Assembly (NCBI GenBank): GCA_963754315.1
Contig: CAVWFS010000015.1
Span: forward strand, 96,001-160,000
From: an uncultured Candidatus Rokubacteria bacterium
GTDB lineage: Bacteria > Methylomirabilota > Methylomirabilia > Rokubacteriales > CSP1-6
Direction: 5' to 3'
DNA length: 64,000 nucleotides
The translations under genes were made by a program, and so were the position numbers. Shown in pieces: positions 30,436 through 40,803 of the stretch (the stretch's first letter is position 1; each line of letters opens with the position of its first letter). The notes beneath the pieces are model-generated. The model made no database searches, had not been told where the DNA came from, and saw only the letters and a program-made list of their open reading frames with translations.

Positions 30436-33117
30436 TCAGAGGGGCCGCGCCAACGCGTCGCGCAGCGACGCGCGAATCCGCTCGACGACCCCGGTGTCTT
30501 CGATCTTCTGCCCCTGACCGTTGGTCACATAGAAGGTATCGACCGCCTTGTCGATCTCGGTGGCGATGCGCGCACTGGTGATATCGAGACCGAGGGCGGC
30601 CAGGGTAGCCGTGATCAGGTAGAGGAGACCCACCCGATCGGGACACTTCACTTCCACGACGGTGGCGACGTCGGACAGCTGGTTATCGACGACTATGCGG
30701 GGCGGGCCCGCCACGGTCGTGGGCTCTCCCTGCGCAGGGCGCCGGCTTTCCAGCAAGGTCTCCACGGTGCGGTCACCCGCGATCACGGCACGAAGGGCGT
30801 CCAGGGTCCGCGTCCAGCGCGCCGCCGCGGAGAGGGGTTCGCCCATAGGATCGTTCACCTGAAGGGTATCAATGGCAACGCCGTCCGCCCGGGTGTGAAT
30901 CTGGGCGGAGATGATGTTGACCCGGTTGGCGGCCAGGGTCCCCGTGATGAGGGAGAAGAGACCGGACACGTCCCGCGCCACCACCACCAGGTCGGAGGAA
31001 CCGAGGTCAGGGTGGTGGAACAGCTCGGTCACCACCGGTTGCTCCTCCAGACGCCGCAGCATGGCCAGATGCTCGGCCATGCGTTGCACACTGGTCGTCG
31101 TCAGATAGCGATCGGAAACCATGGCCACGTGCGCCCGCACCGCTTGCCGGGGCACGTCGTCGCCCGCGTGCGCCTGGAGCCGCTCCACGAGCTGTTGGCG
31201 CGCCGGCCCTTGCTGGTGCCCGCCCGTGAGCTGGGCCAAGGTCCGCGCGAACAGCTCGTGGAGGATCTTCGCCTGCCAGCCAGTGAGCACACCTGGGCCC
31301 ACGGCGCGCATGTCGGCGTAGGTCAGGAGATAGAGCATACGCAGACGCTGGGGGGTCTCGGCAATGGCCGCGAAGTTGGAGATGGTGCGGGGATCGTCGA
31401 TGTCACGCCGCTGAGCCACGTGGGACATACTGAGGTGATGGGCAACCAGGAATTCGACGAGGCTCGCTTCCTCCGTGGGAAGGTCGAGACGCGTGGTGAG
31501 TTGCCGCACAAGGGGGATTCCCTTGGCGACGTGCCCATGCCCCTTGGCCTTGCCGATGTCGTGCAGCAGCATGCCCAGCATGAGTAACTCGGGCTTCTCC
31601 ACCTCATGAAAGACGAGGGCTGCTCCCTCCGATTCCGCCGACTGCCCGGGGGCCAGCGCTTCCAGATGCTGCACGGCCAGGAGTGAGTGCTGGTCGGCCG
31701 AGAACTTGTGGTAGACGTCGTACTGCACGAGACAGGTGAGGGCCCCGAACTCGGGAAGGTAACGCCCGAGCACACCCAACTCGTGCATTTCGGAGAGCGT
31801 CTCGCCAATCCGCCCCCACCGCCGACAGATGTCGAGGAAGACGTCCCGCACACGAGGGTCCTGCTGCACACGCTCGTCGATCGCCTCGACGGCTTCCTCG
31901 ATCGCCCGCTCGAGGTCCGGAGACAGCGTGCACCCCAGCCGATGCATGTGCCAGAAGACCTTCATGAGCCGAGCGGGCTCGGCCGTCAGATCCCTCGGAT
32001 CGCGATCGGCCAGATGCAGAGCGCCGTCCAGGAAAACGAGGCCATCGGCGAGGGCCTGTTGGCGCTGGCGCCGCCCGGCCCCCCCCCGTTGCGCGAGCGT
32101 GTCCTGGCAACGCGCGATCAGACGGCGCGACAACCGGTGGATCGTCCGCGCGTGAAGGTAATAATCGCGCATGAAACGCTCGACCCCCAGGCTCTGCTCG
32201 GTATCCTCGTAACCACCAAAGGCCTTGGCGATTTGCGGCTGCAGGTCCCGGGACAGCACGTCGTTCTTGTGGCCGGCCAGGAAGTGAAGCTCGTTGCGTA
32301 CGCGCCAGAGAAAGGTCAGGGCGGCGTCGGTGGCGGCCCGCTCGCCAGGGGTGATGAGACCCTTGTCGGCCAGCTCGCGCAGGGTGCGGGCGCCGAACTT
32401 GGCCGAGCTCAGCCACATGGCGGTGTGCATGTCGCGCAACCCGCCCGCCGACTCCTTGACGTTCGGCTCGCCAATATAGGGCGAGGCGCCGAACTTGCGG
32501 TAGCGCTGGTCGCGCTCGGTCAGGGTCGTGGCCAGGAACTCGCCAAAATCGCGGCGAAAGAGGCTTTCGCGGAGATCGTGGCGGAAACGGTTGAAGAGCC
32601 GGCGACTGCCCGCGACGAGGCGAGCTGCCTGCATGGAGGTGAGGCTCGGGAAGTCCGTGCGCGCGATGGCCACGCAATCGTCCAGGGAGCGCAGGCTATG
32701 GCCGATCTGCAGCGACAGGTCCCACAGGGTGTAGAGCAGCTCCTGGGTGACGCGGTGAACGTAGGGCGTGCGCTCTCCCTCGTACACGACCATGAGGTCG
32801 ATGTCCGAGGAGGGGTGTAGCTCCCCGCGTCCGTAGCCGCCCAGGGCCGCCACCACCAGCGGAGCCGGCGCCAGGCCAGCCGCCGCCGCGTCGGACGCGA
32901 TCAGCCGGGTGAGGGCCCTGATGATCGCGTCGATGAACTCGGCGTGCGCGCGGACGGATTCCCCTCCCGACGCGCCCTCAGCATGCTTGAGCTTGAGAGA
33001 CTCCAGCCCCTCAGCGAGGGCGGCGCGGAAAAATTCGAGTCGCAGACGGCGCCGATCGTCGGTGCGTTCGGCCTTAGCCTCGGCACGTCGGGCCCGGCGG
33101 AACAGCTCGGGCGGCAT
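30436..33117 (-). CDS. glnD: [Protein-PII] uridylyltransferase
   Basis: ALGGYGRGELHPSSDIDL, EPNVKESAGGLRD, HD domain LLHDIGK, two ACT domains. Confidence 0.95.
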   Translation of the reverse strand: MPPELFRRARRAEAKAERTDDRRRLRLEFFRAALAEGLESLKLKHAEGASGGESVRAHAEFIDAIIRALTRLIASDAAAAGLAPAPLVVAALGGYGRGELHPSSDIDLMVVYEGERTPYVHRVTQELLYTLWDLSLQIGHSLRSLDDCVAIARTDFPSLTSMQAARLVAGSRRLFNRFRHDLRESLFRRDFGEFLATTLTERDQRYRKFGASPYIGEPNVKESAGGLRDMHTAMWLSSAKFGARTLRELADKGLITPGERAATDAALTFLWRVRNELHFLAGHKNDVLSRDLQPQIAKAFGGYEDTEQSLGVERFMRDYYLHARTIHRLSRRLIARCQDTLAQRGGAGRRQRQQALADGLVFLDGALHLADRDPRDLTAEPARLMKVFWHMHRLGCTLSPDLERAIEEAVEAIDERVQQDPRVRDVFLDICRRWGRIGETLSEMHELGVLGRYLPEFGALTCLVQYDVYHKFSADQHSLLAVQHLEALAPGQSAESEGAALVFHEVEKPELLMLGMLLHDIGKAKGHGHVAKGIPLVRQLTTRLDLPTEEASLVEFLVAHHLSMSHVAQRRDIDDPRTISNFAAIAETPQRLRMLYLLTYADMRAVGPGVLTGWQAKILHELFARTLAQLTGGHQQGPARQQLVERLQAHAGDDVPRQAVRAHVAMVSDRYLTTTSVQRMAEHLAMLRRLEEQPVVTELFHHPDLGSSDLVVVARDVSGLFSLITGTLAANRVNIISAQIHTRADGVAIDTLQVNDPMGEPLSAAARWTRTLDALRAVIAGDRTVETLLESRRPAQGEPTTVAGPPRIVVDNQLSDVATVVEVKCPDRVGLLYLITATLAALGLDITSARIATEIDKAVDTFYVTNGQGQKIEDTGVVERIRASLRDALARPL

Positions 33118-33187
33118 TTCGAGCACGAGCGTAACAGCCGCCCACAAAGACTGTCAAACTCGGCGCCGACTTACTAGAATCGAGACC

Positions 33188-34288
33188 GTGCGCTCCCGCT
33201 GGCGACCCGTTCTTGACCGCATCACGCCGTATCCGTCTGGCAAGTCGCTCGAGGCCCTGGCCGCGGACCTCGGGATCGCGGACCTGGTGCGGCTGTCTGC
33301 CAACGAGAGCGCGCTTGGTCCCTCGCCGCGAGTGGTGGCGGCCATCGCGCGGGAGGCGGGCCGTGCACACCTGTACCCGGACGGGGGCAGCACCGCGCTG
33401 CGCGAGGCCCTGGGCCGGCGCCTCGGGGTGGCGCCCGGGCGGATCGTTGTCGGCAACGGCGGCGACGAGCTTCTGTCGATGATCGGAGGCGCGGCGCTGG
33501 AAGCGGGCGACGAAGTCGTGCTGCCGTACCCCTCGTTCGAGCCCTATACGACGGTGGCCCTGCTCGGTGGCGCCCGCCCGGTGACGAGCCCGCTCGCCGG
33601 ATACGAAACCGACCTTGACGACATGCGGCGACGGATCACGGTGCGTACCAAGGTCGTGTTCATCTGCTCTCCTCACAACCCGGCCGCCACCATCGTCCGT
33701 CGCGCTCCGCTTCTCGCGTTCCTCGATTCGCTCGGAGCCGAGCCACCGCTGGTCGTGCTCGACGAGGCCTACCGCGACTTCTGTGACGACCCTGAGTACC
33801 CGGACGGCGTGACCCTCCTCGCCGACCGTCCGTACCTGCTCGTGCTCCGGACCTTTTCCAAGATCGCGGGCCTGGCCGGCCTGAGGGTGGGCTACGTCGT
33901 GGCCAGCGTGGAGGCCGTGGACCGTCTCAACCGCGTGCGGGCGCCGTACAACGTGAACCGCCTCGGGCAGGTGGCCGCGCTGGCCGCCCTGGAGGACGAA
34001 GGCCATTGGAGGAAGACCCGGCAGCTCGTGCTCGACGAGCGTGAATTCCTCTCCCGGGAGCTGGCCCGTCGTGGCTTCGTCTTTCCGCCGTCCCAGGCCA
34101 ACTTCCTGCTCGTGAAGGTGCCGGACGCGCCGCAGGCGCAGGCACGACTGCTCCGGGCCGGGCTCCTCGTGCGGGACGGGAGCGGCGTGGGCTTTGCCAA
34201 TCACCTGCGCATCGCGGTGGGCCTGCGCGAGACGAACGAACGTGTGCTCGAGGTGCTGGATGCGATGAACACCGCGGGACCTTCTTAG
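33188..34288 (+). CDS. hisC: Histidinol-phosphate aminotransferase
   Basis: LSANE, GNGGDE, PHNP, DEAY, RTFSKIAGLAGLRVGY. Confidence 0.92.
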   Translation: MRSRWRPVLDRITPYPSGKSLEALAADLGIADLVRLSANESALGPSPRVVAAIAREAGRAHLYPDGGSTALREALGRRLGVAPGRIVVGNGGDELLSMIGGAALEAGDEVVLPYPSFEPYTTVALLGGARPVTSPLAGYETDLDDMRRRITVRTKVVFICSPHNPAATIVRRAPLLAFLDSLGAEPPLVVLDEAYRDFCDDPEYPDGVTLLADRPYLLVLRTFSKIAGLAGLRVGYVVASVEAVDRLNRVRAPYNVNRLGQVAALAALEDEGHWRKTRQLVLDEREFLSRELARRGFVFPPSQANFLLVKVPDAPQAQARLLRAGLLVRDGSGVGFANHLRIAVGLRETNERVLEVLDAMNTAGPS

Positions 34289-34611
34289 CGCGGTCGCCTC
34301 GATGCGGTCGGCCGGCGCCCAGCCGCCAGCCGTCGCTCGAGCTGCTCCACGCGGCGCGCCAGCTCGTCGCGCTCGGCGCGGAGGGTCTTGACGTGCTGCT
34401 CACGCTGCGCCTGATGCTGCTCGATCTGGGCGAGCTTCTCGTGGAGTCGAGCCTCCTGCGCGTACAGCGTCTTCAGCTCGGCCTCCAGGTGTCGCGCGCG
34501 GTGCTTGGCCGGCAAGAAGCCGGCGAAGAGCACGTAGAGCATGAGGGCGGCGAACAGCACGCTGGCCGCGACGAGGAACCACGGGACGGCTGCGCGCACG
34601 CGATCCGCCAC
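34285..34611 (-). CDS. Hypothetical membrane-anchored coiled-coil protein
   Basis: One TM helix followed by a heptad-rich charged segment; start uncertain. Confidence 0.6.
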   Translation of the reverse strand: MADRVRAAVPWFLVAASVLFAALMLYVLFAGFLPAKHRARHLEAELKTLYAQEARLHEKLAQIEQHQAQREQHVKTLRAERDELARRVEQLERRLAAGRRPTASRRPR

Positions 34612-34684
34612 CGGCCGCCATACTAGCAGAATGTCCCGAGATATCGGGGTGGCCGGTGCTATCATCGATTCCTCAGAGGGACGC

Positions 34685-35197
34685 GTGGAGCTCAGACGTT
34701 TCTTCGATCGGGCCATTCGCGCCAGCTTCTCCGACCTGGCTTTCCGCGACGATCCAGTGGTGCCGTACCTGGCCGATCTGCTGACGCGATTCGCGCGCAC
34801 CGAGAATCTGTTCCCGCGCGGAGCCACCGTGCCACGGCTGGAGACGGTGGTGGACATGGTCTCGGAGATCCACGGATTCTGGCAGGAGGAGGCCTCGTCG
34901 TTCCGACCCGAGCGCGAAGTGTCCCTCCGACGCCACATCGGTGACTTCACCCTGTTCATGATCGGGATCTTTCGAGAACGGGTGGAGCGGTCCGCGTCGA
35001 CCACCTACTACATCGTCGAGGGCAAGCGCGCCTATCGCTTCGTGTCCGAGCACGCGCGGGCGAGCGACCGTCAGCCCACGCCGTACCATCGCCTGGCTGA
35101 CCGCTTCGAGAACTACGCGCGCGTGCTCGACTACACCCGCCGTGTCCACTTCTTCGATCACCCGGCGCACCCGTTCTTTCGTCTGGACGGCACATGA
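34685..35197 (+). CDS. Conserved hypothetical protein
   Basis: GAGGG RBS + GTG; YLADLLTRF, RHIGDFTLF..G.F; 4-bp overlap with the next gene. Confidence 0.7.
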   Translation: MELRRFFDRAIRASFSDLAFRDDPVVPYLADLLTRFARTENLFPRGATVPRLETVVDMVSEIHGFWQEEASSFRPEREVSLRRHIGDFTLFMIGIFRERVERSASTTYYIVEGKRAYRFVSEHARASDRQPTPYHRLADRFENYARVLDYTRRVHFFDHPAHPFFRLDGT

Positions 35198-36339
35198 CGT
35201 CCCCGAACGCCGGGGACGCCGCCCGAGGAATCCTGAACGCTGCCCTCGGCACGGACGGTCAGATCGCACCGGCCGCGCTGACCAGCATCGCCGAGCTGAC
35301 GGCCGAAGTGCTCGACGAGATGCTTCGAGCCTTCGCCGCCGACGAGGGCGCCGCCGCTCTCCCCGTGCTCTCGACCCTCTCGGAGAAAGCGTCTCGCCCC
35401 GTTCGGCGCGCCGCCAAGCTCGCCTTGTATCGTCTGGCTCAGCAGGGAGTCGTCGCCCCGCGCCCGACATCAGCCCGTCACGTCGTCGAGCGTGAGGCCG
35501 AGCGGCCGACCCGAGCGTGGATCTCCGCGGTCGACGGCACCGGGTCGCGGGCGGCCTGGATCCTCTTCCAGGGATCGTTTGGCGGGGGCGCCCTGTGTTC
35601 CCTGATCTTCAGCGATACGATCGGGATCGTCGAGGTTGCCGGTGGCGATATCACCAAGAAGCGCTTCGAGCGCGAACTCGGTGCGCTGCGACAGTCGCAA
35701 ACCCTGCCGTGGGTCGAGACCGACCCCGTGCGCGTCGTCAGGCTGGTGGGAGAATCACTGGCGCTGCACGCGGCGCTCGGGACGTCTCCTCCCCCTGCGT
35801 TCGCCCGCTGGAAGACAGCGTTTGCCTCCGTCGACGCCGCGCCCGCCCATGACGTCCCCGACCCGAGCCCGGCGGCACCGCTCGATCCCGCCCTGCTGGA
35901 ACGCTCGGCTGCCTTGCTCGATCTCCCGGAGTTTGCGGGGTGGTTCCTCGATCCGGAGGCGCTTCAGAGCGATTCCGTCGCGCTGCTACAGACTCGCGAG
36001 AGCCGGCTGGTCGTCTCCGATCACGTCAAGGCCGAGCGCGAGTCAGCCATCGTGGACGGCGTCATCGTGCGTGAGCTGACGCCCCAGGCGCGCCGGCGAT
36101 GGGCACGGCGCCTGGAGGAGATGGCGCTGATTCTGGCGTCGACCGATCGCCCCGAGCCGGCGACGTGGGCCGCGGCCGCCGCCGCCGGGCTGCGCGACGA
36201 GGCGCGCGAGGTCATTCGCCATCCGTTGATCCAGGCGTTGGCGCGACGCGGGCTGGACGTGGCGGCCGAGGTCACGCTCGGTCGCCGCAAGCTTGCCGAC
36301 GTCAGCCGCACGCCGAGCCCCACGACGTCGGTGAGGTGA
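35194..36339 (+). CDS. Hypothetical protein
   Basis: 381-aa ORF coupled on both sides by 4-bp overlaps; no recognised motif. Confidence 0.7.
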   Translation: MTSPNAGDAARGILNAALGTDGQIAPAALTSIAELTAEVLDEMLRAFAADEGAAALPVLSTLSEKASRPVRRAAKLALYRLAQQGVVAPRPTSARHVVEREAERPTRAWISAVDGTGSRAAWILFQGSFGGGALCSLIFSDTIGIVEVAGGDITKKRFERELGALRQSQTLPWVETDPVRVVRLVGESLALHAALGTSPPPAFARWKTAFASVDAAPAHDVPDPSPAAPLDPALLERSAALLDLPEFAGWFLDPEALQSDSVALLQTRESRLVVSDHVKAERESAIVDGVIVRELTPQARRRWARRLEEMALILASTDRPEPATWAAAAAAGLRDEAREVIRHPLIQALARRGLDVAAEVTLGRRKLADVSRTPSPTTSVR

Positions 36340-37316
36340 TCACCCGCGTCCCCGGCATTCGCGTCGGCCACGCGACCGATACCGCTGCCCTGACCGGGGT
36401 CACTGTCGTGCTGTGCGATCGTCCCGGTATCGCCGCGGTGGAGCTGAGGGGCGGTGCCAACGACGTGATCGGACTCGACTACCTCGATGCCCGCCACCTG
36501 GTTCCGACCGTGAACGGTATCGTCCTCGGGGGGGGCAGCCGATTCGGGGGGGAGGCCATCTGGGGCGTCCTGCGCTATCTCGAAGAGCGCGGCACCGGAT
36601 TCGCGGCCGGACCCGCGGTGATCCCTCACGTGCCCGGCGCCTTCCTGTTCGACCTCGGCGTGGGCGACGGACGCGTTCGCCCGACGCGGGAGATGGGCTA
36701 TGCAGCCGCGGCCGCGAGCACGAGGAGCGACCCCGCAGAGGGTAACGTGGGGGCGGGCACGGGGGCCAGCATCGGCAAGCTCTTCGGGATCACCCGAGCC
36801 ATGCGAGGCGGCATCGGCTCCGCGAGTGTGGCTGTGGGCGACGCCGTGGTGGGCGCCATCGTGGCCGTCAATGCCGTCGGTGACGTCCGCGATCCCGACA
36901 CGGGTAGGTTGATCGCGGGCACGCGCGCAGCGCCCGACAGTCTGCGTCTGAGCGACTCGGCGGCGCTGCTGCGTTCGACGGTTGCCCTCGGGCGCTTTGC
37001 CGCGCCCCAGAACACGACCATCGGCATCGTCGCCACCAACGCTCAGCTCGGCAAAGCGCAAGCGGCCAAGGTGGCCGCGCTGGCTTTCCTCGGCTTCGCC
37101 CGCGCGCTCTCCCCGCCCCACACCGCGTTCGACGGCGATACCTTGTTCGTTCTCTCCGTGGGGGACGTGCCCGTCGATCTGACCCGGCTGGGGTTAGCCG
37201 CGGCCGATACGGTCGCCCACGCCATCGCCCGGAGCGTGAGGGCGGCCACGCCCCTGCCTGTCCTTCCTGCCGCCTGCCAGCTTACGGACCCTGGTGCGGC
37301 TACGCGGGAGTCCTGA
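36336..37316 (+). CDS. P1/S58 (DmpA-like) peptidase
   Basis: VPGIRVGH, TGVTVV, GNVGAGTGA, NAVGDV, QNTTIGIVATN, HTAFDGD. Confidence 0.9.
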   Translation: MITRVPGIRVGHATDTAALTGVTVVLCDRPGIAAVELRGGANDVIGLDYLDARHLVPTVNGIVLGGGSRFGGEAIWGVLRYLEERGTGFAAGPAVIPHVPGAFLFDLGVGDGRVRPTREMGYAAAAASTRSDPAEGNVGAGTGASIGKLFGITRAMRGGIGSASVAVGDAVVGAIVAVNAVGDVRDPDTGRLIAGTRAAPDSLRLSDSAALLRSTVALGRFAAPQNTTIGIVATNAQLGKAQAAKVAALAFLGFARALSPPHTAFDGDTLFVLSVGDVPVDLTRLGLAAADTVAHAIARSVRAATPLPVLPAACQLTDPGAATRES

Positions 37317-37404
37317 GGAGTAGCCAAGACAACTCCGCCAGGGCCTGGTGTGGGCCCGTCCCGCTCAGCAGCGGGGCGAACGCCGAGAGCCGGCGCCACG
37401 TCCG

Positions 37405-38764
37405 CTAGTCCGGGAGCGGTCGGCCGCGTGTCTCCGGTCCGGCGAATGGCGTGACGATGAGCCCGATGAGATAGACGGCGCTCATCATGACGGCGGCGCG
37501 CGCGATACCCCCCAGGGACTCCGCGAGCCATCCGGCGACGAGAGGACCGAGGGCGGCCACGTAGCGCGCGCTATTGAATACCACGGCCGTGCCGGTACCA
37601 CGCACCGCGGTGGGATAGACCTCGGGCGGATACATGACCAGCCATGCGAACTGGCCGGTGGTGAAGAACCCGTTTACCGCGACCGCGAAGAGGAAGAGAG
37701 GGAGGCTCTTCTGCACCAGGAAGGGAGCACCGGCGGCGACCAGCGAGCCGGCAAAGAAGAAAGCGAAGGATCGCTTGCGGCCCCAAGCATCGGCCATGCT
37801 CCCCAGGCAGAGATACCCCGCGATCCCTCCTGCGCTCCATAGCAGCCCCGCCCGGGCCCCCCAGCCATCCGGCCCCAGCCCAGCTCGGGTGGCCACCTGG
37901 GTCGCGTACTGTGGAATCCACGTGGACACCGCCCAGTAGCCGACGATGGTGGAGAGCGCCATCATCAGGAGCAAGAGCGTTCGCCTCCTGAGCTCGTGGC
38001 TGGCGAAGAGGTCCACCACCGTGAAGCGCGTCAGGCGGCGCTCCTCCTCGCTCAGGCGACGCCCCTCCAGCGCCGCCCGACGGGCAGCTTGCCGTCGGCG
38101 ATCGGCGGCGATCCACACCGCGGGATCGGCAACACCCCGACGCATCCACAGCAAGAGGAGCGCGGGGAGCACTCCGATCACGAACAGGTATCGCCAGGAC
38201 CCATGCCCCAGGGGTTCGATCAGGAACCAGAGGCCAGCGGCGAGCAAGGTTCCGATGCCGAAGGCCGAGGCAAGGACCCCCGCTGCTCTGCCCCGCCGCG
38301 CCGGGGGCCACAGCTCGCCGACCAGGGCGGCCCCTGGACAGAATTCTCCTCCCAGCCCCAAACCGGTCAAAAAGCGGAAACCGAGCAACATCCAGTAGGT
38401 CTGTGCCAGCGCGCTCATCCCTGTGAACACCGCATAGCAGAGAACCGACAGCATGAGCATGCGGCGCCGCCCCAGATAGTCGGCGAGCACCCCACCCACG
38501 AGCCCTCCGGTGGCCCATCCGACGAGCGTTACCCCGATGAGGCCTCCGAAGTAGAGTGGACTCTGGGCACGCTTGGTCGGGCGGCAGGAGGTCGCCGATG
38601 GCCACCGCTCCGACCAGGATCAGGGCGTATGTCTCGTATCCGTCAAATAGCCAGCCGAATGCGGCAGCCAGCAGCGCACGCCACGCGGCCGGATCGAGCG
38701 GGCGAGAAGCCTTCCGGTCGAAGGCAGGCGCCGGCGAGCCCTCGGCTGCCTTCGTGGCGGTCAT
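37405..38764 (-). CDS. MFS transporter, frameshifted near 38573
   Basis: GWLFDGYE N-terminus joins GVLADYLGRR, RFLTGLGLGGE, PETRGR after a 1-base shift. Confidence 0.85.
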
Positions 38765-38789
38765 CGTGCCCCGATTGTAGACTGTCACT

Positions 38790-39107
38790 ATGGCCAAGCG
38801 AGGTAAGGTTATTCCCTTTCCCGGATCCCGGCCCGTGCTGCCGGAGCCTGGTGTCGAGCGCGAGCTGGCAGAAGTCCACCGGTGCCATCATGCAGAGGCA
38901 ATCGTCGTGCGGAGCCTGTTCGAGAGCGAGGGGATCCCGACCTTGTTACGCTCTCGGCTCCTCGCGTCGGTTCACCCTTTCAACGTCGGCGATCAGGGAG
39001 AGGTGGTGGTGCTCGTCCCCACGCGCGAGGTCGCCCATTGCCGCGTGCTCCTCGAGATGGGGATCATTCGCTGGCCCGACTTCGCCCCTAGCCCATCTCG
39101 GCGATAA
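38790..39107 (+). CDS. DUF2007-like small protein
   Basis: EAIVVRSLFESEGIP...GEVVVLVP pattern. Confidence 0.65.
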   Translation: MAKRGKVIPFPGSRPVLPEPGVERELAEVHRCHHAEAIVVRSLFESEGIPTLLRSRLLASVHPFNVGDQGEVVVLVPTREVAHCRVLLEMGIIRWPDFAPSPSRR

Positions 39108-40014
39108 CCGCCTCGATCGCGCCGAGGACGAGGGCCAGGGCTGCCGGCTCGACGGTGACGGTCAGGTCACGCGGCGTATGGTACGTGTCGAACGGTGGCG
39201 GTCGTCGCACCACGTGCATGAGCGCGCTCCTTGCGGGGCTCAGCACGAACTGACGCAGAGCCTCTGCCTGGGCCACCGGCACCACGCTGAGCCCGTAGGC
39301 AGGAACACCGACCGCTGCGAAGGCCCGATGATCGCTGCCGAAGACGGGGATCCGGCCCACCTGGTGATAACTCTCGTCCGGCCTCAGCCCCGAGCCCTCG
39401 AATGCGGCGCGTATCCGGCCCAGGAACGGGGTCTCGGCACCGGCGTCCCAGATGGCGACGCTGTCACCGATGCCGCAGAGCTCCAGACTCAGCACCCCCA
39501 CGATATCGTCCAGGGAGACGTCGTGGACGTAGGCGCGAGCCCCGAGATAGCCGAGCTCCTCGGCCGCCGTGAAAAGCAGACGCACGCGCAGCCGAGACGT
39601 CACCACCTGCGGTAGCCGCTCCAGCAACGTGAGCAGGATGGCCACGGCCGCCGCGTTGTCGTTGGCACCGGGACTACCCGGAACCGCATCGTGATGGGCG
39701 ATGAGCACGAGGGTCCGCGGGCCAGTCCCGACGTCGACGACAAAATTCTCACCCTGCCCCTCGAAGGTCGCAAAGCGGTGGCGGGTCAGCTCGACCCCGC
39801 GCGCGGTCAACCAGCGCGCCACCGCTGCTTCTCTCGCTTCGTTCGATCGCCCCTCGAGGAGGGCCAGGAGAGCCAATGGCGAGCGCGCGGTCCGGATCAC
39901 GTCATCAACCGGAGGTGGGATGATGCCGTGCGGCCGCGCACGCCCGTTGATGAGATGGCTCAGCCCGCTGTTGAGCCTCCCGCGCACGTAGAACCCCACC
40001 TCTCGAAGGCCCAC
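39088..40014 (-). CDS. M28 family peptidase
   Basis: AHHD, PGANDNAAAV, FTAAEELG, SDH, YHT; GGAGGG RBS. Confidence 0.88.
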   Translation of the reverse strand: MGLREVGFYVRGRLNSGLSHLINGRARPHGIIPPPVDDVIRTARSPLALLALLEGRSNEAREAAVARWLTARGVELTRHRFATFEGQGENFVVDVGTGPRTLVLIAHHDAVPGSPGANDNAAAVAILLTLLERLPQVVTSRLRVRLLFTAAEELGYLGARAYVHDVSLDDIVGVLSLELCGIGDSVAIWDAGAETPFLGRIRAAFEGSGLRPDESYHQVGRIPVFGSDHRAFAAVGVPAYGLSVVPVAQAEALRQFVLSPARSALMHVVRRPPPFDTYHTPRDLTVTVEPAALALVLGAIEAVIAEMG

Positions 40015-40023
40015 GATGCCCTC

Positions 40024-40803
40024 CTATCGCAGGCGAAACAGGGTACGAGCAGTCTCGGTCGTGCGCACGGCCAGTTGCTCCAGCGTCTCGCCGCGCAGCT
40101 CGGCCACGCGGACCGCGGTCAGGGTCAGATACGCCGGCTCGTTGCGTGTCCCGCGGTGACCCTCCGGCGGCAGAAAGGGACAGTCCGTTTCGACCACGAG
40201 ACGGTCGGCGGGCACGAAGCGCGCGACCTCGGGAAGCGCGCGAGCGTTCCGATAGGTCACGGGGCCCGCCAGCGAGATGAGAAGACCGAGATCCAGACAC
40301 TGACGAGCGACGGCCACGTCCCCCGAGAAGCAATGCATGATGCCGCCCAGGTCGCTCACGCGTGCCTCAGCGAGGATGGACAGCGTCTGCGCATGCGCGT
40401 CGCGGCAGTGCACGAGCACGGGCTTGTCGACCCGATGCGCCAGCTCGAGCTGACGCCGAAAAACAACCTCCTGGACATCGCGAGGTGAGAGGTTGCGGAA
40501 GAAGTCGAGCCCGACTTCGCCCACGGCAACCACACTGGGGTCCGCCGCGAGATGCTCGAGTTCCGTGAAATCCTTCTCGGTGGCGGCGGCCGCGTCGTGC
40601 GGGTGGACACCAACCGAAGCCCACACGCCTGGCTCGAGGGCCGCGAGAGCGACGGCCGCCTGCGAGCTGGCCATGTCGGTGCCCACCGTGACCAACCCGG
40701 TCACGCCCGCCGCTCGGGCGCGAGCAAGAACGGCCGCGCGGTCCTCCGCATAGTCGGCAAAGTGGAGGTGGGCGTGGGTGTCGAAGAGCACCGGTATGGT
40801 CAC
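40024..40803 (-). CDS. tatD: TatD family nuclease
   Basis: DTHAHL, GVHPH, GEVGLDF, HCRDA, HCFSG, ETDCPFL. Confidence 0.93.
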   Translation of the reverse strand: MTIPVLFDTHAHLHFADYAEDRAAVLARARAAGVTGLVTVGTDMASSQAAVALAALEPGVWASVGVHPHDAAAATEKDFTELEHLAADPSVVAVGEVGLDFFRNLSPRDVQEVVFRRQLELAHRVDKPVLVHCRDAHAQTLSILAEARVSDLGGIMHCFSGDVAVARQCLDLGLLISLAGPVTYRNARALPEVARFVPADRLVVETDCPFLPPEGHRGTRNEPAYLTLTAVRVAELRGETLEQLAVRTTETARTLFRLR

